From contig OX597816.1 of assembly GCA_951406725.2 (NCBI GenBank), forward strand, positions 43,338,001-43,402,000: 64,000 bases of DNA. The letters are read 5' to 3'. Both the position numbers and the translations under genes were made by a program. The stretch is from Octopus vulgaris (Eukaryota). Under the pieces are notes generated by a model. The model made no database searches, was not told where the DNA came from, and saw only the letters and a program-made list of their open reading frames with translations. How positions within the stretch are numbered: position 1 is the first letter of the stretch; each line of letters opens with the position of its first letter. Positions 41,612 through 54,656 of this stretch are shown in pieces.

Positions 41612-42711
41612 ACAAAACTTGACTTAAACAGGATTCGAATAATCCTATCAGGTGGTGCTATTAAGTTAGACATGGCCTGGACCAATCTCTGGTCGAAACA
41701 TATCTAAGTCTAAGTTTATACAGTTTTGACCCCCCCCCCCCCCATGCATTTACATAATACTTTTTCTTTTCGTTTCACTATCTCTGCCAGTTCCTTTCGT
41801 TTTCTCTTTCTCACTTACATTTTCTCTTTCCGTTTTTTCTCTCTCTCTCTCTCTCTCTCCCTTTCTCTCCTACTTTTTCTCTTCTTTTCTTTATATATAT
41901 ATAACCGATTACTTTATCTACAAAAAAAATATCTGAATGTCTATTAGAGTAGAATTTTGAAAGAGTATTTGGGTTAACGAAGAAACAGTATACCACATTT
42001 AAGTGTTTGCTACAGATTGCTTCAGGGAATATTAACACCCGATAATATAACTAATAAGAGCTTAGCTGGTTAGGTGTATATTGAATAGAAGTTTCTTATA
42101 TAACAACGAAAAGCAATAATATCCTACGCAGTCCACGATAGAAAATCTCAACCGCCGGGAATAGTAAATCCGCTAGTTAATCCTCTAATGTTGGTAAGAT
42201 AGATTTAAGATATTACAAGAACTTTATGGATTTTATTTAACATAATGAAGCATTTTCTGTAAAGATAAGCAAAACGGTTGATAAGGTATTTTTATATTTT
42301 TATAAAATTTAAAACTACATTGTGTATATTTCAATACAGTCAATCGAAAGATATGCTTATAAAATTCTTCTAAAACGATAAAGAAACTGTTATTGATAAG
42401 AGAATGTAAAATGTGTGATAAAAAGATGTAAATCTTGCGAATAAATATGCAATGAAAACGAGGAAGTTTTATGTTCTGGGAGATCCAAATTCGGTTACAA
42501 ATCAGCATATGCTTTGCATATTTGTTGTGTTATCAGTATCAAGTTTTTTTTTTAAAGAAACGATAGACGCAGGCGTGATTGCATGGTTTGGAAGTTCAAG
42601 TGCGCTGCGAAACCATTCGCTGCATGGTACGAGCCGTCCGAATTTTTGTGAGTAAATTTGGTTAGCAGAAACCGAAGAACTCCGTTGAGTATGTGTGTTC
42701 ATGTGTACACT

Positions 42712-42762
<51 letters not shown>

Positions 42763-42899
42763 ACACACACATACATACACACACACACTATTTTTAGGCA
42801 TATAAATCGAATTTTCCGGACCAGATTTACAAGGTATTGTAGGTTGATTTAAACACCAAGTTGATTTTTGAGGGGAAATTCCATGGGAAATTACATATG

Positions 42900-42943
<44 letters not shown>

Positions 42944-43201
42944 GTGCGTGGCTTATTCACAGTATTACAACGTAAAGACAGAAATATTATTTATATATAT
43001 GTATAGCGTATTTTCTGGTATAAATGTCGAGGTAGTATTTTGTATAAACATCATAACTATTTTCCCAAATCTTGTCGCACTTCGCATGGAAAGCCTGGTT
43101 CCCCAAAATCATTTTGGTATATGTATATATATAAGTATGTATATATGTATGTGTATGTATGAGTGTGTGTGTGTGAGTGTATGTGTGTGAGTGCGTGTAT
43201 A

Positions 43202-44295
43202 CAGGTGTTCGACAAAATAATGGAAATAACTTAAAATTTCAAGCAAATTTAATTTAATGTGGGGTAGGACCGCCTTTGGCAGTAATTACAGCTTGAATTC
43301 TACGAGATATGGACTCGTACAAAGTTTGAAGTGGTTCCAAAGGAATTTTTGTCCATTTTTCAACTAAAACATTCTCCAATTCTAGTAGTGATGATGGTGG
43401 AGGATATCGACTCCTTATTTGTTTTTCTGAAATGCACCATTCATGTTCAATACTCTTGAGATCTGGGGACTGTAGTGACCAGATAAGATGTTAAACTTCA
43501 CTAGAATGTTCCTCCTGCCATTCAGTAACAATTTTAGTTGTGTGAATGGGTGAATAATCACCTGCGTTTCACTCCGGAAACAGTTCCGCAACCAAACGAT
43601 GAATTTGATCAGATAAATGCTTAAACAGTCTTGACTATTAATTCTTTCATGAAGGAAAACCATTGGGCAGGCGCATTTCCAAGATATAGCGCCCTAGATC
43701 ATTACAGATCCTCCTCCATGTTTAACAGTTGGAATAATGCAATCTGGGTCAAATGCTTCTTTTGGCTGTCTCCACACGAATATTCAGCCGGTGGTCAGAA
43801 TAAAGTAAAGGATGGACTCGTTCGAGAAAATAACATTCTTCCACTGCGCTAGGAACCAATTCTGTAGGTTCTTACTCCACTCTAAACGCCTTACGTTAGT
43901 TCTCGATGTGGTCATTAAGCTCTGCAGCAATTTTGGGAGCTGTACTTTTGTGATCCTTTCTAACAACTGGCATAAGAGTCCTATCTAAAAAATGTTGTTT
44001 TCTTCCGGAGTTTTGTTTCGACGAGGTGTATTCTCCCTCTTTCTCAAAGGCTGTAATTACTTTCGAGACAGTACTTCCTGATACAACAAGCATTTCGGCT
44101 GTATTCCTTACGCTAGCGCCTGCCATACGAGCCCCAACAATTTGACCTCTTTGAAAGTCCGATAGATCTGTCATTTGAATGATTTTTAATTGCTTTTTTC
44201 TGATGATATCTGAAAAGAAACCACAATTTTAGCAAAAGATATTAAGCAACACTAATAATAAATCAAAAACCGTAAAAATAAACAAGCTATTCATG

Positions 44296-44300
<5 letters not shown>
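43202..44300 (-). mobile_element. Decayed Tc1-like (DD34E) transposon
   Basis: TA|CAGGTGTTCGACAAAATAATGGAAA terminus; fragments MTDLSDFQRGQIVGARMAGASV, WKNVIFSNES and SPDLKSIEH (SPDLNPIE-like); second TIR not found. Confidence 0.88.
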
Positions 44301-44331
<31 letters not shown>

Positions 44332-44344
44332 TCTAACGTCCAGA

Positions 44345-44690
44345 CTATCGCGTCATGTTATACATACATACATACATAGGAAACAAGGAATATTGGTGGA
44401 ACGTTCCAATAAAAACAGCAATTCGGCGCACACATAACAGACCCGGTATTGTTCCGTGGGACAGGGAACAAAATTCATGTTGTGTTGTAGAGGTCAGCTG
44501 CAACGCGGATGTGAATGTAAAATCCAAACCTCAGGAAGAAGAAACATTTATGGTGAATTAATGCGGAATTTACAGATATTGCACCCTGAATATAAATTCT
44601 CATTGGAAACTCCCAGTACAGTTACATTAGGTAATGTACCAACAAATTTACATAAAAACTTATAAATACTCGTGTTGTTGTTTTTTTTTT
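44345..44690 (+). pseudogene. 3' fragment of a restriction-like-endonuclease non-LTR retrotransposon (R4/Dong-like)
   Basis: WWNVPIKTAIRRTHNRPGIVPWD..CCVVEVSC..D.N, then after a frameshift YGELMRNLQILHP...LGNVPTNL, resembling the HNRPD..D/E..K..Y RLE pattern. Confidence 0.7.
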
Positions 44691-44756
44691 CTTTACGAAA
44701 GAGAAAAGAAACTGATGCGGGACTCCAAATCTAAACTATTAGTGACGCACTCAAAG

Positions 44757-44982
44757 GCGGCGAGCTGGCAGAAACGTTAGCATGCCGGGCGAAATGCTTA
44801 GCGGTATTTTGTCTGCCGCTACGTTCTGAGTTCAAATTCCGCCGAGGTCGACTTTGCCTTTCATCCTTTCGGGGTCCATAAATTAAGTACCAGTTCACTG
44901 GGGTCGATGTAATCGACTTAATCCGTTTGTCTGTCCTTGTTTGTCCCATCTGTGTTTAGCCCCTTGTGGGTGGTAAAGAAAT
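44757..44982 (+). mobile_element. SINE family B with long TSD
   Basis: Full monomer; TATTAGTGACGCACTCAA present on both sides (~44737 and ~44984). Confidence 0.9.
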
Positions 44983-45325
44983 ATATTAGTGACGCACTCA
45001 ATATTTGTAAGATAAACCAAAGATTTTCCATCTGAAATTCTTATGCGAAGAGTTGCACCCAGTTGGTTGTGTGACACGGCAGCTCAACGAACACACCAAC
45101 TCAAACGCATACTTACAAACACCAGGAAATCTCTTAGCTCAAAGACTCTTGTCGTTTTCTTTTGTGACCGGCTTGAACTCTCTCAAGAAAAAGTTATTTA
45201 AAGCTCAAAGAAAAATCATGCATGCATACATACATACGTGCATACATACATACGTGCATACATACATACATACATGCATGCATACATACATACATATATA
45301 CATACATACATATATACATGCATAC

Positions 45326-45391
<66 letters not shown>

Positions 45392-46308
45392 TGCATGAAT
45401 ACGTGAATATGTGTATGGATATATATGCGTGTACGTATTCGTGAATTTCATTGAAATATATTTAAGATATCTAAGTGGAATTCATTGAAATGACAAGGCT
45501 ATGCTTAAATCAGACAGCTCTTCTCGATATATGAATTTGTGACTGTGAGTGTGGATAAATCTAGCACTTGTGGAGTGCATGTCACTTTAGTACACAAATG
45601 TAGTGTTCTTTACTGCTTATAAGCATGTAAGCATGTTCGCATTTATGTATATATGTATGTATGTACTTATGTATGAATGTGTGTCTGTATGTATGTATAT
45701 ATGTATGCATACATTAACGGCTTGATGGATGGATAGAGGGAAGGGGAATGGATATATGCATGTATGTATATCACTATTTTTATATCTAGGTATTGGTAAC
45801 GTGTCTTTTCGACAATGTTCAATAAAATTTTGGTCAGTACATGTAGTTATCTTGTTGTTTTAATGTTCTGTCTTCTTAAGTTCTATAGCTCTTGGGTTGG
45901 CAACATCCAATTTGAGCAGATTTTTTTTTTTTTCTTTGTTTCTAATTTTTAATCCTTTTTCTTTGTAGCTACAAGAATGTAACGATTTATGGTCGAGATT
46001 TGATGCTTCTATTTGCAACTATAAGCAGATGTAAACATAATGGAGGACACTGAGCTAATGTTTCCTTCCTGTTTCTTCTTTATTAATTCCCAAGCAGCGT
46101 TTACGTTTTTAACGCTTTTGTGTCCGCCGGATTGACCGTTACTGTCCAGGTCACAAAATCATAATGATATGCAAAAGGCAACTGATGATGGGCGTATATG
46201 TTTGATGTGATTTACGGAGGTATTGTTGCATACGTACACGCTCGCAGAAACACAGTATAACTTTAGAAATAAATCTTCATGTATATATATATATATATAT
46301 ATATATAT

Positions 46309-46704
46309 TTAATCCAAACAAGAAGACAGAAAAAAACACAGCAAGGCGAGGACGTGGAACAATTAAAGTATTATTTGACGCTCAGGAAAGAAGGGAAGGA
46401 GGGTTTAACGTTTCGAGCGGAGCTCTTCGTCGGAAAAAAGGAGAAGGAAAGATCCCAAGAAGGGAAGACAGAGGGAAAAAAAATATATATATATATAGAA
46501 CTTCAAAATGTGACCGCGTGTGTACCGTTGGCAAGATTTTTTTTCCTCCGTCTTCCCTTCTCTGGATCTTTCCTTTTCCTATGTTTCTGACGAAGAGATC
46601 CGCTCGAAACGTTAAACCCTCCTTCTTCCCTTCCTTCCTGAGCGTCCAATAATACTATATTTGTTCCACGTCCTCGCCTTGTGTTTTCATGTTTTGGATT
46701 AACT
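46309..46704. mobile_element. Head-to-head pair of a ~200-bp non-coding hammerhead element between (TA)n and (CA)n
   Basis: TTAATCCAAAC...GACGTGGAACAA versus TTGTTCCACGTC...GTTTTGGATTAA; hammerhead on minus at 46403-46437 and on plus at 46583-46617; short (TA)n at the centre. Confidence 0.85.
46583..46617 (+). ncRNA. Minimal type I hammerhead ribozyme
   Basis: GTTT-CTGACGA-A-GAG-ATCCG-CTC-GAAACGTT-AAAC; palindromic ACGT in place of stem III; predicted cut after GUU at 46613. Confidence 0.8.
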
Positions 46705-46705
46705 T

Positions 46706-46784
<79 letters not shown>

Positions 46785-48796
46785 GTATATATTTATTTAT
46801 TTATACATACATATATATATAAATATATATGTATGCGTGTGTGTGTGTGTGTGTGTGTAAATGAGTGTGGTGTGATTTTATCTACATGTATATCTTTGTA
46901 CTTACATAAACATGCATACATACATGCATACATAGATACACACTCACATATACACACATACATACATACATACATACATACATACATACATACATACATA
47001 CATACATACATACATACGTACATACATACATACATACATACAAACATACATACTAGAAGCGAATGGCAATCTATAATGAGGAACGATGCGCTTAGAAAAC
47101 ATTTGAGTTGCCCATCACAAAGTGTAGTGTAAATACCGACAGCTACAAAATTTTAAGATAATGCATGCAAGAGAATTCAGAGTTATTGTTGCTTGTGTTG
47201 TCTTTAGTCACGTAACACTTTCAAAAGATGGATTCGTTTCTCTGACTAGTCATATATCGAAAAATCAACACGCGATGCTTATATGCAAACCGTTCAAACC
47301 AACCACACCATGAGAGTTCTGCTAGCGTTTTCGTCCAAAGGTGTACTCATTTATTGCTAGGCTAAAAAAATGCCGAAAGAGGCAACTGCTGTTGTTATGA
47401 CTTTAGACCAAGTTAGGTACAACATTTGTTACGAAATATTAAAGACAAAATCAGGGCTACGTTGATATCGGAAAGCACATGGAAGAAAAGCTGTCACTGT
47501 AGTTACAGAGATGTATCTATAATGAAAAGTACTTAAAGCAGACACATCGTTGAAAGCCACATTTCTACACTATACGTCTATAAGAGATGCTATCTGAAGT
47601 GGAAGACCGCAGGCTGGTAACGGTATATCTGCTTTTAGGATGATACACAAATAGCTATTTTGAACTAATAATCGTTCTTTCGCTCATAATGAACGTATGT
47701 AAATGTAGGTGTGCGTGTGTGGACGGGTGTATTTAAGCGTCTGTATAAGTACATGAGCGCGCGCGCACACACACACATGCACATATAGATATGTGTACAT
47801 ATATGTATGAGTTTGTGTATATGTAAATGCATATATATATAAATGTGTTTATAAATACATTTATATACAAGTACATTTATCATTTATATATAAATACATA
47901 TATATATATAAATGATAAATGTTCTTGTACATATGTGCGTGTGCGTGTATGTATTCACACGTAAGTGTGTGATTGTGCATATACATGTGTACTTATGTGT
48001 ATATATAATTTAAGCTTATGTGCGTAGGTGCGATGTTTCAAGAGGTAAGATTTTTTTTTATTTATAGCTGTTTTAGCGGAAAAATAAAAAGGAGGTGACG
48101 TCCTTATTCCCACCGGGTATTTTCAAAAATAAATAAATAAATAAATAAATAAATAAATGATAGCTGTTAGTTAAGCTTCGTGTTAATTAGAATGATCAAG
48201 ACTACTGATGCAGAAAAATCGTAACGGAAAATATTTAAAATAACATCCTAACATGGAAGCGATGTATGTGATAAATAGTTGGCATTTGAAAATACCTCGA
48301 GTGGTGGACATAGAAAAGAACTGAAATTAAATAGGTGATCTTAGAGAAAAGCTATTACGTTCGAAATATTGCTTAACAATGCGGAAAAAGAATTTTATAA
48401 AAAATTTTTAAATCTTTGGAAATAGTTATGTACTTTTAATGACAGAGGCATGTATATTTTTTACCATGGCTATTATTATTATTATTATTATTATTGTTGT
48501 TGTTGTTGTTGTTGTTGTTATTATTATTATTGTTATCGCTGTTTTTTATTATTGTCGTTATCGTTATTCTTCTAATTCTTGTTCTCGATGTTATTACTTT
48601 TTATTCCAAATGAGTAAAATTTTACAAATTAAGAAGACGTGAAAATTATGTAGGAGACGAAATGGTTGTAAATGAATCGATATAATGTGTGGCTTGACTA
48701 AACGAATTGGAAGTAAAAAGATTGTACATACATTCATACATGTTTGCACATTCCTTGTGTGTGTGTGTGCGTGAACGCGCATGTGCCTTTGTTTTA

Positions 48797-48851
<55 letters not shown>

Positions 48852-48916
48852 TGCTCCAGCATGGCTACAACTCGTGAGCTGAAACTAGACTCAATCAATC
48901 AATCATATATATATCA

Positions 48917-49842
48917 CGTTTTGTTTTTGTTTTGAGTTTTTGCTTTCGTTTTAGCCTTCCATTTTTTTTTTGTTAATTGTTAAATTAATTTAAGGATAAC
49001 TATTAAGAAAAAAAAACGAAAGGCTAAAATTTAGGGTAAGGGTTAGGGTTAGTGTTAGGGTTAGGGTTGGGGTTAGTGACAGGATGTCGTCTCAGTTTTA
49101 GACGCAGCAAATGATTTTAGCTCAATAGAGGCCATCGATTGGTTAAAATTCAAAAAAATTAAACTACGTTAAACTTACAAATTACAATTTTCTCAAGAAA
49201 GCCAAGAGAAAAAATGTTTTATTTTGACACATTCTACCAGTATACGAAGTTTAAAAGTGTTTAGTTAACTAGAAATTGTGTTGAAAACTGCCGTTCAAAA
49301 GGAAAGGATCCTTTATATGTATGTGTGTGTGTTTGTGTCTGTGTTTGTCCCCCAAACATTGCTTGACAACCGATGCTGGTGTGTTTACGTCCCCGTAACT
49401 TAGCATTTCGGCAAAAGAGACCGTTTGAATAAGTACTAGGCTTACAAAGAATAAGTCTTGGGTCGATTTGCTCGACTAAAGGCGGTGCTCCAGCATGGCT
49501 ACAGTCAAATGACTGAAACATGTAAAGATATATATATATATATATACGAATGGAGTTCGCTAAGATACTGTGGCTAAGACGATACAAGTCACATTTTATA
49601 AATACAGGAACATGAAGGTGCCACGAGGGGACCATCCACAAGGCCAAATCGAACAACAAAACCCACAATGTCAGCCAATATCACTTACTGCAGACTCGCT
49701 TACAATCAAACCCTTACAGAATTGACGCTATGAACAGTCGATGAGCTGGTGACACCAACCATCACGGCAAGAGCAACCACAGCACACAGTAAGCAAGAAC
49801 GGCCAACAAGCTGGTCACAACAGTGACCAAAGCTACCCAACA
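48917..49842 (+). repeat. Copy 1 of a ~925-bp local duplication (MITE half + SINE A 3' half + Penelope piece); copy 2 at 50555-51482
   Basis: Colinear high identity with an offset of about 1640 bp. Confidence 0.9.
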
Positions 49843-50226
49843 ACAACCACAGCGATAGCAACGGCAGCAGCAACAATAACAATCATAGTGACAACAGCAA
49901 CAAAAATATATACATCAACAGCAATGACAGTAACCAAACTGGCGCCGCAGATACTTGAACTATTGACAGCCGAAGGTGTGGTAGAACTGACAACATACCA
50001 AACAAACAAAAAATGACTGACAGAGAGTAGACCGAACCAAGAAAGAACTGAGGAAGAGTAAGAACTGGGTCTACGTTGACCTGCTATACTACGGAGAGAC
50101 GGTAGAGATCGAATTTAAAAAGCAGCATCAAGAGATGTGGCCTCCCCGTCAGAACCACGACGCGGATCCACATGCTAATAACATACCTGACACATACTGT
50201 CTAAATAAATGACCAGTCCGAACAAC

Positions 50227-50951
50227 GGATCTTTTCCTTTTGAACGGCAGTTTTCAACACAATCTTTAGTTAACTAAACACTTTTAAACTTCGTATACTG
50301 GTAGAATGTGTCAAAATAAAACATTTTTTTCTCTTGGCTTTCTTGAGAAAATTGTAATTTGTAAGTTTAACGTAGTTTAATCTTTCGAATTTTAACCAAT
50401 CGATGGCCTCTATTGAGCTAAAATCCTTTGCTGCGTCTAAAACTGAGACAATATCCTGTCACTAACCCTAACCCTAACCCTAAATGTTAGCCTTTCGTTT
50501 TTTTCTCTTAATTGTTAAATTAATTTAAATGTTACGCGTGTGTCTAAAATTATTCGTTTTGTTTTTGTTTTGAGTTTTTGCTTTCGTTTTAGCCTTTCAT
50601 TTTTTCTTAATTGTTAAATTAATTTAAGGATAACAATTAAGAAAAAAAACGAAAAGCTAAAATTTAGGGTAAGGGTTAGGGTTAGGGTTAGTGGTAGGGT
50701 TATGGTTGGAGTTAGTGACAGGATGTCGTCTCAGTTTTAGACGCAGCAAATGATTTTAGCTCAATAGAGGCCATCGATTGGTTAAAATTCGAAAAATTAA
50801 ACTACGTTAAACTTACAAATTACAATTTTCTCAAGAAAGCCAAAAGAAAAAAAATGTTTTATTTTGACACATTCTACCAGTATACGAAGTTTAAAAGTGT
50901 TTAGTTCACTAGAAATTGTGTTGAAAACTGCCGTTCAAAAGGAAAAGATCT
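50227..50951. mobile_element. Long-TIR MITE with internal TTAGGG-like tracts (Merlin-like termini)
   Basis: GGATCTTTTCCTTTTGAACGGCAGTTTTCAACAC ... GTGTTGAAAACTGCCGTTCAAAAGGAAAAGATC; (CCCTAA)3 at ~50466 and TTAGGG variants at ~50664-50715. Confidence 0.85.
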
Positions 50952-51184
50952 TTTATATGTATGTGTGTGTGTTTGTGTCTGTGTTTGTCCCCCTCCCCAA
51001 CATCGCTTGACAACCGATGCTGGTGTGTTTACGTCCCCGTAACTTAGCGGTTCGGCAAAAGAGACCGTTTGAATAAGTACTAGGCTTACAGAGAATAAGT
51101 CCTGGGTCGATTTGCTCGACTAAAGGCGGTGCTCCAACATGGCTACAGTCAAATGACTGAAACGAGTAAAGATATATATATATA

Positions 51185-51950
51185 TACGAATGGAGTTCGC
51201 TAAGATACTGTGGCTAAGACGATACAAGTCACACTTTATAAATACAGGAACATGAAGGTGCCACGAGGGGACCATCCACAAGGCCAAATCGAACAACAAA
51301 ACCCACAACGACAGCCAATATCACTTACCGCAGACTCGCTTACAATCAAACCCTTACAGAATTGATGCTATGAACAGTCGATGAGCTGGTGACAACAACC
51401 ATCACGGCAAGAGCAACCACAGCACACAGTAAGCAAGAACGGCCAACAAGCTGGTCACAACAGTGACCAAAGCTACCCAACACCCGGTTGTGTTTCAAAT
51501 CCAATGCCGTGTACCAAATAACGTGTTCCTGCGAGAAGACATACATAGGATCGTCCAGGAGACACCTTCACCTTAGAGTGAAGAAACATCTATACAAGAC
51601 CACACTACCCAGCATGTTCAAATACCACCAACACTGTGATGAAGATTTCTCCACCCGAGTACTAGCAAAGGGGAATGGATGCAGTTAACCCCAGGATTAC
51701 AGAATCACACTTCATTAGGATGAAATCACATAGCCGGAACCGCCGTAATGAGCTGAGTGTGTGGACAGACATCTACTGCTTCTAGAATCTTTAACCAACA
51801 TTATTCATTATTCAGAGAGAGAGCGAGAAATAAGGAATAAAAAAGTCTGATGAGGAATCATTAATTCGAAAGCGCTCACGAAATAAGCTATAATACCCAG
51901 CAACTAGGCTCACTCCAGATCACATGCAGAGTATACTAGCAATACACTGA
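51185..51950 (+). mobile_element. 3' fragment of a Penelope-like retroelement (GIY-YIG endonuclease remnant plus hammerhead)
   Basis: SNAVYQITCSCEKTYIGSSRRHLHLRVKKH (51488-51688) is a PLE-type GIY-YIG; linker part lies at 49545-50226. Confidence 0.85.
51845..51879 (+). ncRNA. Minimal type I hammerhead downstream of the GIY-YIG remnant
   Basis: GT-CTGATGA-G-GAAT-CATTA-ATTC-GAAA-GCGC-TC-AC; AGCGCT palindrome; stem I only 2 bp. Confidence 0.7.
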
Positions 51951-52090
51951 AGTTTTATGGTGAAGTAGGATTAGGTTTTTAAACGAGAAATATTTATTTT
52001 GTATCGTATATATTTGTTATTAAAAAATATATATTTTTTTAATTTAGGAACAACACCAGCAATTTGTATGATGCGGGTTTAGTCGATATC

Positions 52091-52479
52091 TGTGGAGGCG
52101 CAATGGCCCAGTGGTTAGGGCAGCGGACTCGCGGTCGTAGGATCGCGGTTTCGATTCCCAGACCGGGCGTTGTGAGTGTTTATTGAGCGAAAACACCTAA
52201 AAGCTCCACGAGGCTCCGGCAGGGGGTGGTGGTGATCCCTGCTGTACTCTTTCGCCACAACTTTCTCTCACTCTTACTTCCTGTTTCTGTTGTACCTGTT
52301 TTTCAAAGGGCCGGCCTTGTCACTCTCTATGTCACGCTGAATATCCCCGAGAACTACGTTAAGGGTACACATGTCTGTGGAGTGCTCAGCCACTTACACG
52401 TTAATTTCACGAGCAGGCTGTTCCGTTGGTCGGATCAACCGGAACCCTCATCGTCGTAACCGACGGAGGGCTTCCATCC
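52091..52479 (+). mobile_element. SINE family C with 10-bp TSD, inside an old family B copy
   Basis: TSD AGTCGATATC at 52081-52090 and 52480-52489. Confidence 0.92.
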
Positions 52480-53928
52480 AGTCGATATCATTGACTTCAG
52501 TACTTGCCTCTAACGTTATTTTATCGATCAGAAATGAGGAAAGCCAAAATTGGCGAAGGATCGATTTGAACCCGGAATGTAAACAGCTGGGTAAAAGTAT
52601 GGTAACGCAGTTTTTCTGCACTCAAATATTCTGTTAGTTCGCCGCCTTCTACAAACAAATGATGGTTTTTAATTCTTTTCTAAAGAAATAATAATTTCCG
52701 GCCAGCAACTTTACGGTGTGCGAATAGTCGATATTTTCGACCCTAGTTCATGACTGGTATTATGTTTTATCGATCCTTAAATGTGGACAACAAAGATGAT
52801 CTCGACATGATTTGCATCAGAACAAACGCAGCAAAATATTTTTTCCGGCGCTCTGATGATTCTGCCAGTTCCTGCCTTTCACAATAAAATAATAGTTTGA
52901 AATTTTTATTTTCTTCTTAAGAAATAATAACCAGAGGGAAAGGTATTATTGTAAAACGCTTATAATTTAAAATAACAAATGCGAATCGAGCTAAGTGTAT
53001 TCATGTAATTATATCGATATTGACGTTGATATATTTTTCTTGGTGAAGAAATCATTAATAATATAGGTGATAATTACGAAAATTTAATATAGAGTTACTG
53101 AAGGAATGTAATATAAGGAAGTAATTGGGTATTTGTATATATATAATGCGAAAATGTAAGTCAGGTGTTAATATGCTAATATATTTATTTAGTTATAATT
53201 TTGAGGTGAGATATTTCAATGTTCAGTCAATGATGGGTTAATATGTATGTCATTATGTATTATTGGATGTAAAGAAAATGTAGCTCATCAGGTTTCAACG
53301 ATGTCTACTTCGTTATTCGATCAACAGAGTTATGTTTTACATCGAATAAACGTAAGATTGAACACTCCTTAGATATTCTTGTTACTTTCAAGGAAAATCA
53401 ATGAAATACAACGTATAACAAGACAGAACTGTTAAATTACAGCTCTTATATATCCTCGAATTTCCACACAGTTTCTGTCTACTCAGTTTCATTATCTATG
53501 TATCGGAAGGGGTCGAAATTGTGATGATATTCAGTTGCTCAATGGTTATGTTTTTTCCTCTTTTTTTCTCACCTATTTTACCTTGTGCTTCTTTGTACCG
53601 CAACTATGACACATACACATAAACATACATATATATATATACATACATATATACCTATATATATATATACATACATACCTATATACATATACATACATAC
53701 CTATATACATATACATGCATACATAATACATATACATGCATACACATACATACATATATATGTATCTATATAGGTATATATGTATGTGTATGTATGTATG
53801 TATATAGGTATATATGTATGTATATGTATATATATATATATGTATGTATATATATATTTATGTTTATTCATATATATATGTATAAATATGTATATATATA
53901 TTTATGTTTATTCATATATATATGTATA

Positions 53929-53981
<53 letters not shown>

Positions 53982-54077
53982 AGAGAGAGAGAGAGAGATT
54001 CAGATGAATTAGGCACTTAAGTTGAGGCACCAGAATTTAGTACGGTATTGTCCATACAGCTTCATAATTAGGTGATT

Positions 54078-54656
<579 letters not shown>

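Larger units (their letters stand above)
36898..41713 (+). mobile_element. Near-intact non-LTR retrotransposon (CR1 group LINE)
   Basis: ~500-bp 5'UTR, ORF1, ORF2, short 3'UTR ending in (TCTAAG)2; interrupts a minus-strand SINE head at ~36810-36895; no TSD seen. Confidence 0.95.

Noticed and set aside
45850-46220. Unique sequence with an acceptor-like tract at ~45968
   Set aside because: Frames stop quickly on both strands and no family is recognisable
49031-49077. Telomere or chromosome-fusion relic
   Set aside because: The short degenerate TTAGGG tract is internal to a MITE arm present in three copies
53280-53300. CTGATGAG on the minus strand as a hammerhead core
   Set aside because: No convincing stem II or GAAA partner
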